Source: a virus. From it: DNA of 64,000 nucleotides. A model generated the notes under the pieces. It did not search any database and had not been told where the DNA came from. It saw only the letters and a program-made list of their open reading frames with translations. This document shows, piece by piece, positions 55,787 to 64,000 of the stretch. The stretch lies in IMG/VR virus record IMGVR_UViG_3300032285_004008; one strand, 5' to 3'. Made by a program: the position numbers and the translations under genes. Numbering within the stretch: the first letter of the stretch is position 1; the number at the start of each line of letters is the position of its first letter.

Positions 55787-56713
55787 CTACCCGATCCATC
55801 CGGATCTGAATAGAATTTGACATCTGCCTAGGTTATTAGGGCCGGTAAAGGTGAAAGTATTAGTTCCCGGATCTAGATATATCCAGCTACTTGTAACATC
55901 CATTTTTTGACGAGAGTTATATGTTACATCGTCAAGAGTTTCTAAAATTTCTTTATTGTAGGTATCAATTTCAATTACATCACCAGTTTTGGTTCCGATA
56001 ATCTTAATAGCTTCGTTTCTAGTTGTATTTGTTAGAACAAATGGAGAACTAGGAGTCCCATGGATGGTTCCCGTAAGTTCTACAACAATTGGAACCTTTA
56101 TGTTTCCCTTGTTATATACAGTAAAAGAACTAGCATTTGATTGGATTATAGAACTAGCATCATAGTTATCGCCTCTACCTTGCACCCATTCGTACTTGAT
56201 CGGGTCAGCAGCCTTTAGGCCAATAGAGAAGTCAGTACGACCTCTAGCGTTTACAGTTTTAATGTCTGGCTTACCGCTTAGACGAACAAAAGAAGCTTTA
56301 GCAGGAGTCTCGTTAACTACTAGCCATCCACCGTCGTATACGAGGCTTGTGGCTGCGACTAGCTTATCTCTAGCAATTGGAACGTAGCTATTGTCTCTTA
56401 CTAAGAAGGAACCGCTTAGGGTAATCTGTCTAGCCATCCAACGACCGCGAACATCGTAAGATCCGTCACCCCAACCTCGAGTTAGGTCAGGGAATTCTGG
56501 ATCAGGCTGAGACCACCAGCCCTCTATATCAGTACAAACCCAAACGATCCCGTCAGAGTCAATGGTGTTAAGTGTCAACCCATTTATAGAAATATCGCCA
56601 CGTAGCTCGAGGCCAGTGACAACTGGCATAGGTACAGGACTAAGTCCAACATTAACTTGTCTATTTTCATAGCCTTGAGCTATGGGACTAGTATTCTGAG
56701 CGTCTTCAGCCAT
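55787..56713 (-). CDS. distal tail (Dit-like) protein
   Basis: directly after the tape measure; IEGW, RQITLSG, A.DP.KY, L.PG.N. Confidence 0.8.
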   Translation of the reverse strand: MAEDAQNTSPIAQGYENRQVNVGLSPVPMPVVTGLELRGDISINGLTLNTIDSDGIVWVCTDIEGWWSQPDPEFPDLTRGWGDGSYDVRGRWMARQITLSGSFLVRDNSYVPIARDKLVAATSLVYDGGWLVVNETPAKASFVRLSGKPDIKTVNARGRTDFSIGLKAADPIKYEWVQGRGDNYDASSIIQSNASSFTVYNKGNIKVPIVVELTGTIHGTPSSPFVLTNTTRNEAIKIIGTKTGDVIEIDTYNKEILETLDDVTYNSRQKMDVTSSWIYLDPGTNTFTFTGPNNLGRCQILFRSGWIG

Positions 56714-59700
56714 TAGTACTTTCCTCGTCCAAGCTGGAATGAAATCTTTCTACCAACTACATCTGCTAGTTCGTTGACGTCCATCTTAGGAGTTCCATGA
56801 ACGTGGATAGTAACTCCTCCACCAACTCCACCAGATAGTTTCTCTATAATAGCTACGTCACGTTTTGAAAGACCGTTAGGAGCTAGAGGCTCGATTCGCT
56901 CCGGGCGACCAGCTTCAGCAACTCTAACTAGGCTACCGCCATAGGAAGGATAAATGGTGCTACCTTTAGCATGACTTGTAATAGGTTTTCCTGTTTTAGG
57001 GTCATATCTAACCACGGCACGTGCACCAGCTATGCCTATACCGGCTTGATTTGAAATCTTTATTGGAGTCTTGCCCATGAGCCAGTCTAGGAATGCATTA
57101 AGACCATTTGCCAAAGCATCAGAGATTGGCTGGAAAATCTTTCCAATTTTTCCACCAAGATCCTGCCACTTCTGGCCAATCTTGTCCGAGGTAGTCGCCA
57201 TCTTATCTGCCGTGCCACCATATGAATCAGATAGGTCTTTAAGCAAGGTTTTCTGAGCATCTGCAGTTTTGTTTGCCTTTAGAAGAGCTAGATATTTCTT
57301 TTGTTCAGAATCTGATACTTTAATGTTTGCATCTTTAAGAATGTCAAGAGCATCTGCTGGCTTTGATAGTGCATCAGCCAGGTTTTGAGCCGCAGTAGGT
57401 CCATCGGTTCCAAGTGCTCTAGATAGGTCTAGTGATAGCTTACTTGTCTTATCGAAAGCACCGCCAACAGTTCCTGCAGTCTTGGCTAGCATAGGGTACT
57501 TAAGTAAGAGAGTTTCAGTAGCATCAATCTCGTCTTTGCTAATGCCGGTATTGTCAGCCATTTGCTGACCCATTTCATTAATTCGCTTACCGGCATCTTT
57601 AGCCTTACCGCCCAGGCCGCCATAGATTTTAGCTAAAATCCCGAGTTGCTGCTCTGCAGATCTTGATTTATCTGCAATAGCTACTAGAGGTCCGACTGTC
57701 TTAGCAATAGCTATACCACCAACAGCAATTGCTAGACCAATAGGTCCAGCAGCCGATCCTCCAGCTAAAGCTCCACCTTCAGCAGCCGCTGCTGCACCAG
57801 CACCGACTTCGGCTCCTGCACCTGCACTAGCACCGCCAGCAAATCTGCTTAGTAATCCTAAGCCGCCGCCACCACTAAATCCTCCGCCGCTTTTACCACC
57901 ATTACCAGATACAGAAACCTTAGGAGTTGCTCTAACTTTTCCTAGCTTCTCTAGGGCAGTCTTTGCTCTCTTAGCATTTGTTTCAATATTTTTAATTTTC
58001 TTAGCAGTGCCGTCGCTAGCACCCTTCATGGTGTTGAGCTTAGTAGCAGTTAGCCCAGCTGCAGACTTAAACTTATTTACTGCTGTCGTAGCACTAGAAA
58101 TTTTTGTTTTAAAAATTTGAAGTAGCTTATTGGACTTCTCAATAGCCGTGTTCATACGGCGGAATGCTTTATCTAGGGCTGTAGTACTTCTATTTAGGCC
58201 AGCTGTTTTCTTGATGGTATCAGCAATGCTAGTGCCAAGCTTGTCATCTTCTTTTTTAGCTGTTTTAAATGTTATTCCTAGTTTTGCACCTAGGCTTTTT
58301 AGTCCATTTGTCAGCTTATTATTTTCAAGGAATCCAAAGAATCCTTTGCCTAATTTACTTAGACTAGCTACAGCTTTTATACCTTTATAAAACTTCTGTA
58401 CTAGTTTTATGTTTCCACCAATAACAAAAGAAAGACCTTTGAATAGCCTACCTAGTATTGCTATGCCAGCGATCCATGCAGCAGCTGGACCAAGAAGCGT
58501 TATTACTGGACCAAGAAACTTTACTATAGCCGCTAATTTATCAAAACCATCTTTTAGAACATCAAAAAATGTTACTACACCTTTTGATTCCGCAATAGTT
58601 TTAATAATATCGATAATAGATCCGACAATGCTTGCTACTGACGGTAGAGCATTAGTTGCACTATCGAAAATAGGACCAGCTTTATTAAGTTTGTCTCCAA
58701 TAGTTGTCCAGAATTCTGTAACTTTTGGATTACCAACTATTCCAGAGAAGAGCTTAACTACTCCACCAAGCGCGTGGAAGAAAGCTATTGTTCCCTTAGC
58801 TGCTTCTTTAGATTTATCTCCAAAAGCTTTCTTACTCTGAGCATCAGTTCCAGTAATGTTAGCAAAACCCTCTGTAGCTGTCTTGATCCAATCAAGAAGC
58901 ATTTGCCCAGCCGAGCCAGGTTTTAAATTCTCATTAATTAGAGACTTAAGCCCGTTAAAAATGTTTCCAAAGATATCTCCAAGTTTTTTGGCAGAGTCTC
59001 CAGACTTATTAAAGAAGTCAGTTATACCAGTCTGATTTTTACCCGTCCATGTTGCAAACTGATCAGAAATTTTTGTTACCCAGTCTAGGAACCTCTTGGT
59101 AAGCGGCTGAGCAGCCTTCATAATATTTAAGAAAGCAGTTAGACCATTAGCTAAGATAGGACCTAGCGGTTTTAAGTTACTTGCTACATTATTAAAAAAT
59201 GTCTTTAGCAGACTTAGATTAGCCGGGCTACCGAATACATCAGCAAAAGTTTTAGCAACTGTACCTAGGGAGCTTCCAACAACTGCAAATCCAGCTTTTA
59301 GGGTTGGAAGGGATGTTTTCATTACAGAATTTATAGCTTTCTGTAGCTCGGGTAAGAATCCACTAGCTACTGCTTCCTTAAGAGACATCATCTGTCCACG
59401 AATACTTACTAAATATCTAGCAAACTGAGCTTGAGATTTAGTCAGTCCCGCATATGGATTTGCTGTTTGTAGCGGGGCTTTACGTTTAGCCGCCGCCTGA
59501 GCCTGCTGATTAGCCGCGGAAGCCTTTTTAACGTTAAGAATTGCTTCCTTATAGTTAAGAACAGCCTCTCGTCGAGCTAAATCATTATTTGGAAGATATT
59601 GAGTCATAGTCAAAGCTTTACGAGCCTTGACCAATTGAATATTTGCACCTTCTAGAGATAGAGCAGAAGACTCGGCCTCGAAAGCAATTTTTTGAAGCTG

Positions 59701-60213
59701 GTTCTTAACTGCCTCGAGGGTCATTCCATAAAATGCACCAGAAGTGGCTGCTTTTTGCGCAGCCTGGGTTACCCCGCCAAACGCAAGTTTGGCTAGGGAC
59801 ATACCGGTTTCAACGCTAATTAGTGTGCTTCCAAAGGCAGCAAAAGAGCCAGCAGCCCCGGCTAGAGTCCCGCCTAGAGATAAAGCAGAAGACCCCAAAT
59901 CCCCGATTGTACCAACTACAGCAGCAATCGCGGCATCAGCGTAGTGGGAGGTTTTCATTAGCTGAGCAAATTTAGAGCGAGCACCCTCCATTGCATCTTC
60001 AGAGGCTCGGAAACCGTCAGTGAGCTTTCCAATTGCAGTGGTGCTTTTACTATTTTGTAGACCTCTTAAGAATCCACTTCCATAGCCTTTACCTAATTTA
60101 GCTCCAGCTTCAGTTCCAATACCTTCGACATTCTGGAAACCGTTACGGATATCGCGCTCAACGCCAGAAGTAATAGCTTTGACAATAATGTGAGCTTCAC
60201 CAACGAGTGCCAT
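56713..60213 (-). CDS. tape measure protein, 1166 aa
   Basis: long Ala/Gly/Lys-rich helical protein; MALVGEAHI start; HAKG...AEAGRPE motif; synteny. Confidence 0.9.
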   Translation of the reverse strand: MALVGEAHIIVKAITSGVERDIRNGFQNVEGIGTEAGAKLGKGYGSGFLRGLQNSKSTTAIGKLTDGFRASEDAMEGARSKFAQLMKTSHYADAAIAAVVGTIGDLGSSALSLGGTLAGAAGSFAAFGSTLISVETGMSLAKLAFGGVTQAAQKAATSGAFYGMTLEAVKNQLQKIAFEAESSALSLEGANIQLVKARKALTMTQYLPNNDLARREAVLNYKEAILNVKKASAANQQAQAAAKRKAPLQTANPYAGLTKSQAQFARYLVSIRGQMMSLKEAVASGFLPELQKAINSVMKTSLPTLKAGFAVVGSSLGTVAKTFADVFGSPANLSLLKTFFNNVASNLKPLGPILANGLTAFLNIMKAAQPLTKRFLDWVTKISDQFATWTGKNQTGITDFFNKSGDSAKKLGDIFGNIFNGLKSLINENLKPGSAGQMLLDWIKTATEGFANITGTDAQSKKAFGDKSKEAAKGTIAFFHALGGVVKLFSGIVGNPKVTEFWTTIGDKLNKAGPIFDSATNALPSVASIVGSIIDIIKTIAESKGVVTFFDVLKDGFDKLAAIVKFLGPVITLLGPAAAWIAGIAILGRLFKGLSFVIGGNIKLVQKFYKGIKAVASLSKLGKGFFGFLENNKLTNGLKSLGAKLGITFKTAKKEDDKLGTSIADTIKKTAGLNRSTTALDKAFRRMNTAIEKSNKLLQIFKTKISSATTAVNKFKSAAGLTATKLNTMKGASDGTAKKIKNIETNAKRAKTALEKLGKVRATPKVSVSGNGGKSGGGFSGGGGLGLLSRFAGGASAGAGAEVGAGAAAAAEGGALAGGSAAGPIGLAIAVGGIAIAKTVGPLVAIADKSRSAEQQLGILAKIYGGLGGKAKDAGKRINEMGQQMADNTGISKDEIDATETLLLKYPMLAKTAGTVGGAFDKTSKLSLDLSRALGTDGPTAAQNLADALSKPADALDILKDANIKVSDSEQKKYLALLKANKTADAQKTLLKDLSDSYGGTADKMATTSDKIGQKWQDLGGKIGKIFQPISDALANGLNAFLDWLMGKTPIKISNQAGIGIAGARAVVRYDPKTGKPITSHAKGSTIYPSYGGSLVRVAEAGRPERIEPLAPNGLSKRDVAIIEKLSGGVGGGVTIHVHGTPKMDVNELADVVGRKISFQLGRGKY

Positions 60214-60233
60214 AACGGTCTCCTTCCTGTCTA

Positions 60234-60650
60234 CTAATTAATCGGGGCATCCAACACTCCACCAAAAGGATCAAATATGTTATCTGACATTTCAGTAGGA
60301 GGAATGTAAGGTTTTAGTACATTTTTATTTGGATCAAGCGGGTCAAGACCCTCAAAACCATCTAACTCTCCGCCAAATGTAGTCTCTGTACTTGGTCTAG
60401 ATGATTTAATTCCATACAAGTATTTTTGATTGTACATACTGCCGTACATATTCTCTCTAAGAGCAGTCCTAGTATCTGACTGAGTCTCGGAGATGAAGTA
60501 AGAGTCTTCTTCAAAGAAATAGTGAAGCACATCGCACATGTCAGACGTATTCATGTCTGCCAATTTCAATTTATTCACTATTGCTTTTCCATTTACATAG
60601 GGCCAGAGGTCTATTGCCCAGCTAATTAGGCCTCTGGCTGCGTTTCCGGG
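60234..60650 (-). CDS. tail assembly chaperone, frameshifted (gpT-like) portion
   Basis: lies in the -1 frame of the upstream chaperone, is open across its stop codon, and has no convincing RBS/ATG of its own. Confidence 0.6.
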   Translation of the reverse strand, partial: PGNAARGLISWAIDLWPYVNGKAIVNKLKLADMNTSDMCDVLHYFFEEDSYFISETQSDTRTALRENMYGSMYNQKYLYGIKSSRPSTETTFGGELDGFEGLDPLDPNKNVLKPYIPPTEMSDNIFDPFGGVLDAPIN

Positions 60651-60958
60651 CGGTCTGAATATTCCTCCATTAGCCAGCCAGCGATTTCGGTAAGGGTTTC
60701 TACCTTAACAATGCGCTCTGGATCCTCTAGAAGAGCATTGAAGCGGATAGCGCTTTCTGGATATAGGATTCGATTGAAAAACTTAGTTACTGATTCTGAA
60801 GCAACAGTAGGGTCGTCTGAGTTTGACTCAGCGATTAGCTGTAGGAAAAACTTTCCCTGTACATCTGGGTAGCAGTTAAAGTCTTCTCCGTGAAGCTTAA
60901 ATGCTAGTGGTTCTTTGTTGGAGTCTGATGCTCCAAAGTCCTTAAAACGGGTGGTCAT
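60626..60958 (-). CDS. tail assembly chaperone (gpG-like)
   Basis: start at ATG 60958 with AAGGA RBS; ends ...YSDRPETQPEA; upstream of the tape measure. Confidence 0.75.
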   Translation of the reverse strand: MTTRFKDFGASDSNKEPLAFKLHGEDFNCYPDVQGKFFLQLIAESNSDDPTVASESVTKFFNRILYPESAIRFNALLEDPERIVKVETLTEIAGWLMEEYSDRPETQPEA

Positions 60959-61014
60959 GATTTCCTTTTCGTATATACATGTCATTAGCTACATTGGTCA
61001 TAGCTACTTATATT

Positions 61015-61539
61015 TTATCGTAGATAGTTTACTCTTATTTGATCTGACAGATAGCGATTAGGCTTAGTTCCAGGGTGATGTACAACTTTAGTGTGAACAA
61101 CTCTTCCACGTCTCATGAATACCAACTCTGGTGCTCTAGACGGGGTGATTATGTGCGGTCTAGACCCCTCGTGGTGTAGTAGAGCGTATTTAAGCTCTGA
61201 ACCAATCCAGTACGTGTGCCCCCTGGGTCCAATGGTATGTCTAGTATGAATTGACCTCTTTAGAGCACCTGTTCTAACACCTACTTGGTGTTTAGCTCTA
61301 AGCTCCATTTGCTTAGTCATACGGTTCATATAGCGACCAACAGCACCATTCATGCCATTGATATATTCATAGAATGATGGATATAAAACTAAGTCTTTAT
61401 ATTTATATTTAAAAGATACTGAAGATGGTCCCCGGTGTACTATAGATCCAGATCTAGATACACCCCTGGTTGCTTTACTACCTAGTCTTTGAACACCATA
61501 TAAAAGCGGACTATCCGCAATTAGTCCGTATAGCGGCAT
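61015..61539 (-). CDS. HK97 gp10-like tail/neck protein
   Basis: VRTGALKRSI, YA..HHEG.RPH, V.HPGT..N.YL. Confidence 0.75.
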   Translation of the reverse strand: MPLYGLIADSPLLYGVQRLGSKATRGVSRSGSIVHRGPSSVSFKYKYKDLVLYPSFYEYINGMNGAVGRYMNRMTKQMELRAKHQVGVRTGALKRSIHTRHTIGPRGHTYWIGSELKYALLHHEGSRPHIITPSRAPELVFMRRGRVVHTKVVHHPGTKPNRYLSDQIRVNYLR

Positions 61540-61540
61540 T

Positions 61541-62047
61541 TTATGGGACCGCCATAGTTACAGTCATCGTGGTTGTTTGAAAACCACCTTCTGGAGCTGC
61601 AGTCTCTAGCGTTGCAATTACACCAATACCATATCCAGTTTCATCCCACTGATCTAGTAGGTTGATTGACTCCATAAGTACCCAGGAGTCATAGGCTAGG
61701 GTTTCTCCTGCAATTTGAATCTTCTCGGCTGATGGTGGTCTACCATTCTGACCAACAATAGGAGTAGCACGAGCAATCTGAATAGTTAGAGTTGCACTGC
61801 GTGGGACATGGCAGCGCTGAGGTTCTGATACCTGGGCTCCAGGTGTTCCTAGATACATCTGCTGAAAAGCAACAACTAGCTGCTCACAGTCGATAGCAGG
61901 CTGTCCCATGGTCCAGTAACGACGCTGAGGTAGGTTTACGTTGTAAGACTGGAATACAGTTTCTACACGTTCTAGAACGCCTTGCATCATATCTCGAAGA
62001 TTTGTAGCATCTTCAGATACTCCGGTAAAGTCAATTTGCGTAGCCAA
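61541..62047 (-). CDS. tail terminator / completion-like protein
   Basis: position in the neck module; DCEQLVV...PEGG pattern. Confidence 0.55.
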   Translation of the reverse strand: MATQIDFTGVSEDATNLRDMMQGVLERVETVFQSYNVNLPQRRYWTMGQPAIDCEQLVVAFQQMYLGTPGAQVSEPQRCHVPRSATLTIQIARATPIVGQNGRPPSAEKIQIAGETLAYDSWVLMESINLLDQWDETGYGIGVIATLETAAPEGGFQTTTMTVTMAVP

Positions 62048-62059
62048 TTTCTCTCCTTA

Positions 62060-63172
62060 TTAGCTGTACATTTGGGTCTTAAGATTGCCAGTAGCAAGCT
62101 CTACAACATTATCAAGTCCATCAATATTTTTAACAGCAAACAGGCTCCACGTACCAGGATCTACCATTCCAATTGCTGAAAGAGTTTTATCGTACGGGAC
62201 AGAAAATGATACTGAAGCTGATCCTTGATTTACTTCAATAGTGGACGGGTCTAGATCTACAGTCTTATTTCCACTGTAGCTACGAAGAGTTACCTGCGGG
62301 GTCCATCCACTATCTGGAAAAAAGTTACTTAGATCTAGCTCAGTCAATCCTACGGATGACCAAGTTGCAGGTGAATCCTTTACAAGGGTTAGATCATAGT
62401 GAGAATTAGCAGTTAAAACTAAGCCTTTAGGAGTATAACGTCTAGCACGCGGCTGATCAGGACTAAATACTTTTGACTTGCGGCGAGCATTATCTGGATT
62501 AGTGGTCTTAAGGAAAAGATCAATAACATATAGACCAGTGCGAAGCTCGTCGATGAACTCCTGCTGGTCAAGAATCGTGTAGTTAACTCCCTGACGGGTT
62601 ACAGAGGTAACACGCTGAGGCAGGGCACACTCTTCGTCTCCGGTCCATAAACGAATGAATTCAATTGCAAGAGTACGAGCAGCCATCTTACCTACTGCAG
62701 GAACTGGAGTTCCGTAAGAGTAGGTTACTTCAGTGTTGCACGGAGTCCAAGGAGTACCAGCGCGAACGTGAAGTGTTGAGTGGTCCACTAGGTAGTAGCT
62801 AGATGGGTCAAGAATTTTACCGAGGCGGTTACGTACAGCGTGAACCTTAGTCACTGGACGACCGCGAAGACGAATACGAGAATCTGGAGACATGCCATCA
62901 GAGGTCAACTCTGAATACTCATCGTAATCGCCAGAAGGGATATTGTATACATCTCCACCAAAGAGCACTGGAGAGTTTGTCTTAATAGAAGGCCCCATAC
63001 GGTTGTTGCGAAGGGTGCAGGTATAACGCTCGGTTACAGTAGTTTCACCGGTAAATTTACGACCTGACATAGCCCAAAGAAGGTACGAGGCAGTTCGTAC
63101 GGCCTCTTCTGTAAATTCCGTATATGCGTAGTCACCCAGTTCTTCGGGCTGAATCCAAAAATTGTTGGTCAT
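62060..63172 (-). CDS. head-to-tail adaptor
   Basis: A...LWAMSGRKF, Y.YG.P.P, C.LPQRV.SV.RQGV, TGL..IDL. Confidence 0.75.
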   Translation of the reverse strand: MTNNFWIQPEELGDYAYTEFTEEAVRTASYLLWAMSGRKFTGETTVTERYTCTLRNNRMGPSIKTNSPVLFGGDVYNIPSGDYDEYSELTSDGMSPDSRIRLRGRPVTKVHAVRNRLGKILDPSSYYLVDHSTLHVRAGTPWTPCNTEVTYSYGTPVPAVGKMAARTLAIEFIRLWTGDEECALPQRVTSVTRQGVNYTILDQQEFIDELRTGLYVIDLFLKTTNPDNARRKSKVFSPDQPRARRYTPKGLVLTANSHYDLTLVKDSPATWSSVGLTELDLSNFFPDSGWTPQVTLRSYSGNKTVDLDPSTIEVNQGSASVSFSVPYDKTLSAIGMVDPGTWSLFAVKNIDGLDNVVELATGNLKTQMYS

Positions 63173-63191
63173 AAATACCTCTCTATAAGTT

Positions 63192-63237
63192 TAAACGGGT
63201 GACAAACCAGTGATTAGACTAGTCTGCCACCCGTTTA
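63192..63237 (-). other. 20-bp RNA hairpin downstream of the major tail gene
   Basis: UAAACGGGUGGCAGACUAGU-CUAAUC-ACUGGUUUGUCACCCGUUUA with three G-U pairs. Confidence 0.7.
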
Positions 63238-63249
63238 GATTTAACTTAT

Positions 63250-64000
63250 TTAGCCAATTTCGTTGGCAACAATAATGTTGTCAATTGCAGCATCAGCGTT
63301 GTACTTCAAGTTACCAGGAACGTTGAAGGTGTCTCCACCTGCACCAATCTGGTCAGTTGTAGTAGCAATCGGAGCTGGGTGGCTCTCGGTTACAGAGTTA
63401 GTTGCAGTAACGCGAGCACCAGATCCTACAGTGAATTCAGGGATATCTGCGGTGACTGCAGAGCTTACGAATTCAACAGTGTATGGTGAGCTGGTAGTTA
63501 CAGCAGTAACTGTCTGAGTACCGTTTAGTGCAGGGCTTACGTTCTGGATGTAGATAACGTCACCAGCCTGGATGTTGTGAGCAGCTGAGAAGGTTAGAAC
63601 ACCAGTGGTGTCAACTAGAGTAGCTGATGCCTTGGTTACATTCTTAGCTGTAGGCTGCTTAGCATTAGCTGCAGTGAAGATTACCTGATCAGTAGCATTG
63701 TCAGTCCAAGTGTAGAAGCCTGATAGACCTGTTGGAGCCCATGAAGTGCGTGCGTAAGCGTATGGACGCTCTGCAGCAAGTGGGAACTCCCAGCGGCCAT
63801 CGATACCTGACTGGAATGATGGGTTTCCAAGACCGTAGCCTTCGAAGGTGTTAGCCATTAGACCGTTTTCAATAACGCGGTCACCTGACTGACGGAACTT
63901 AGCGTAAGGGAAGATCCAGTGGAAGTAAGGCAATAGACCGCCGCGCTTTCCATCCTTAACAGCGTGTGACCAAGCTTCAATCGCAACACCGTTACCAGCA
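63250..64000 (-). CDS. major tail protein, 5'-truncated
   Basis: frame open to the window edge (…GNGVAIEAWS…PYFHWIFP…); C-terminal accessory beta domain; synteny with neck genes. Confidence 0.7.
   Translation of the reverse strand, partial: AGNGVAIEAWSHAVKDGKRGGLLPYFHWIFPYAKFRQSGDRVIENGLMANTFEGYGLGNPSFQSGIDGRWEFPLAAERPYAYARTSWAPTGLSGFYTWTDNATDQVIFTAANAKQPTAKNVTKASATLVDTTGVLTFSAAHNIQAGDVIYIQNVSPALNGTQTVTAVTTSSPYTVEFVSSAVTADIPEFTVGSGARVTATNSVTESHPAPIATTTDQIGAGGDTFNVPGNLKYNADAAIDNIIVANEIG

Overview
This window is a 64-kb segment of a large tailed (siphovirus-type) dsDNA phage. It is very probably an actinobacterial phage, given two WhiB genes, DUF3039, an FmdB-type zinc ribbon and an actinobacterial-type nrdHIEF operon. 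The moderate GC and frequent CTA Leu codons would fit a freshwater Microbacteriaceae-like host, but that is inference. Layout: (1) 1-7118 (-): small genes, WhiB, class Ib ribonucleotide reductase nrdHIEF, a beta-propeller glycosidase-like gene and a SAM methyltransferase. (2) 7211-33635 (+): a 26-kb island made of fibre/decoration operon 1, then an array of eight 2OG-Fe(II) oxygenases plus two DUF6065-like genes, then fibre operon 2 with two collagen-like proteins. (3) 33639-50443: primase-helicase, a metallophosphoesterase/APS-kinase/GT2-TPR block and the replication-recombination cluster (SSB, AAA ATPase, exonuclease, SNF2 helicase, resolvase, deaminase, PolA). (4) 50448-64000 (-): canonical tail module from minor tail proteins to a truncated major tail gene. 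The most striking feature is that each fibre operon ends in a protein carrying a P(P)[YF]F repeat tract (76 aa and 39 aa, sharing a 50-nt identical DNA block). The first tract is fused directly to a C-terminal Hint autoprocessing domain, and the oxygenase array sits between the two operons. This suggests a phage-encoded post-translational modification system for virion surface proteins. All family assignments come from motif recognition by eye; no database search was run.
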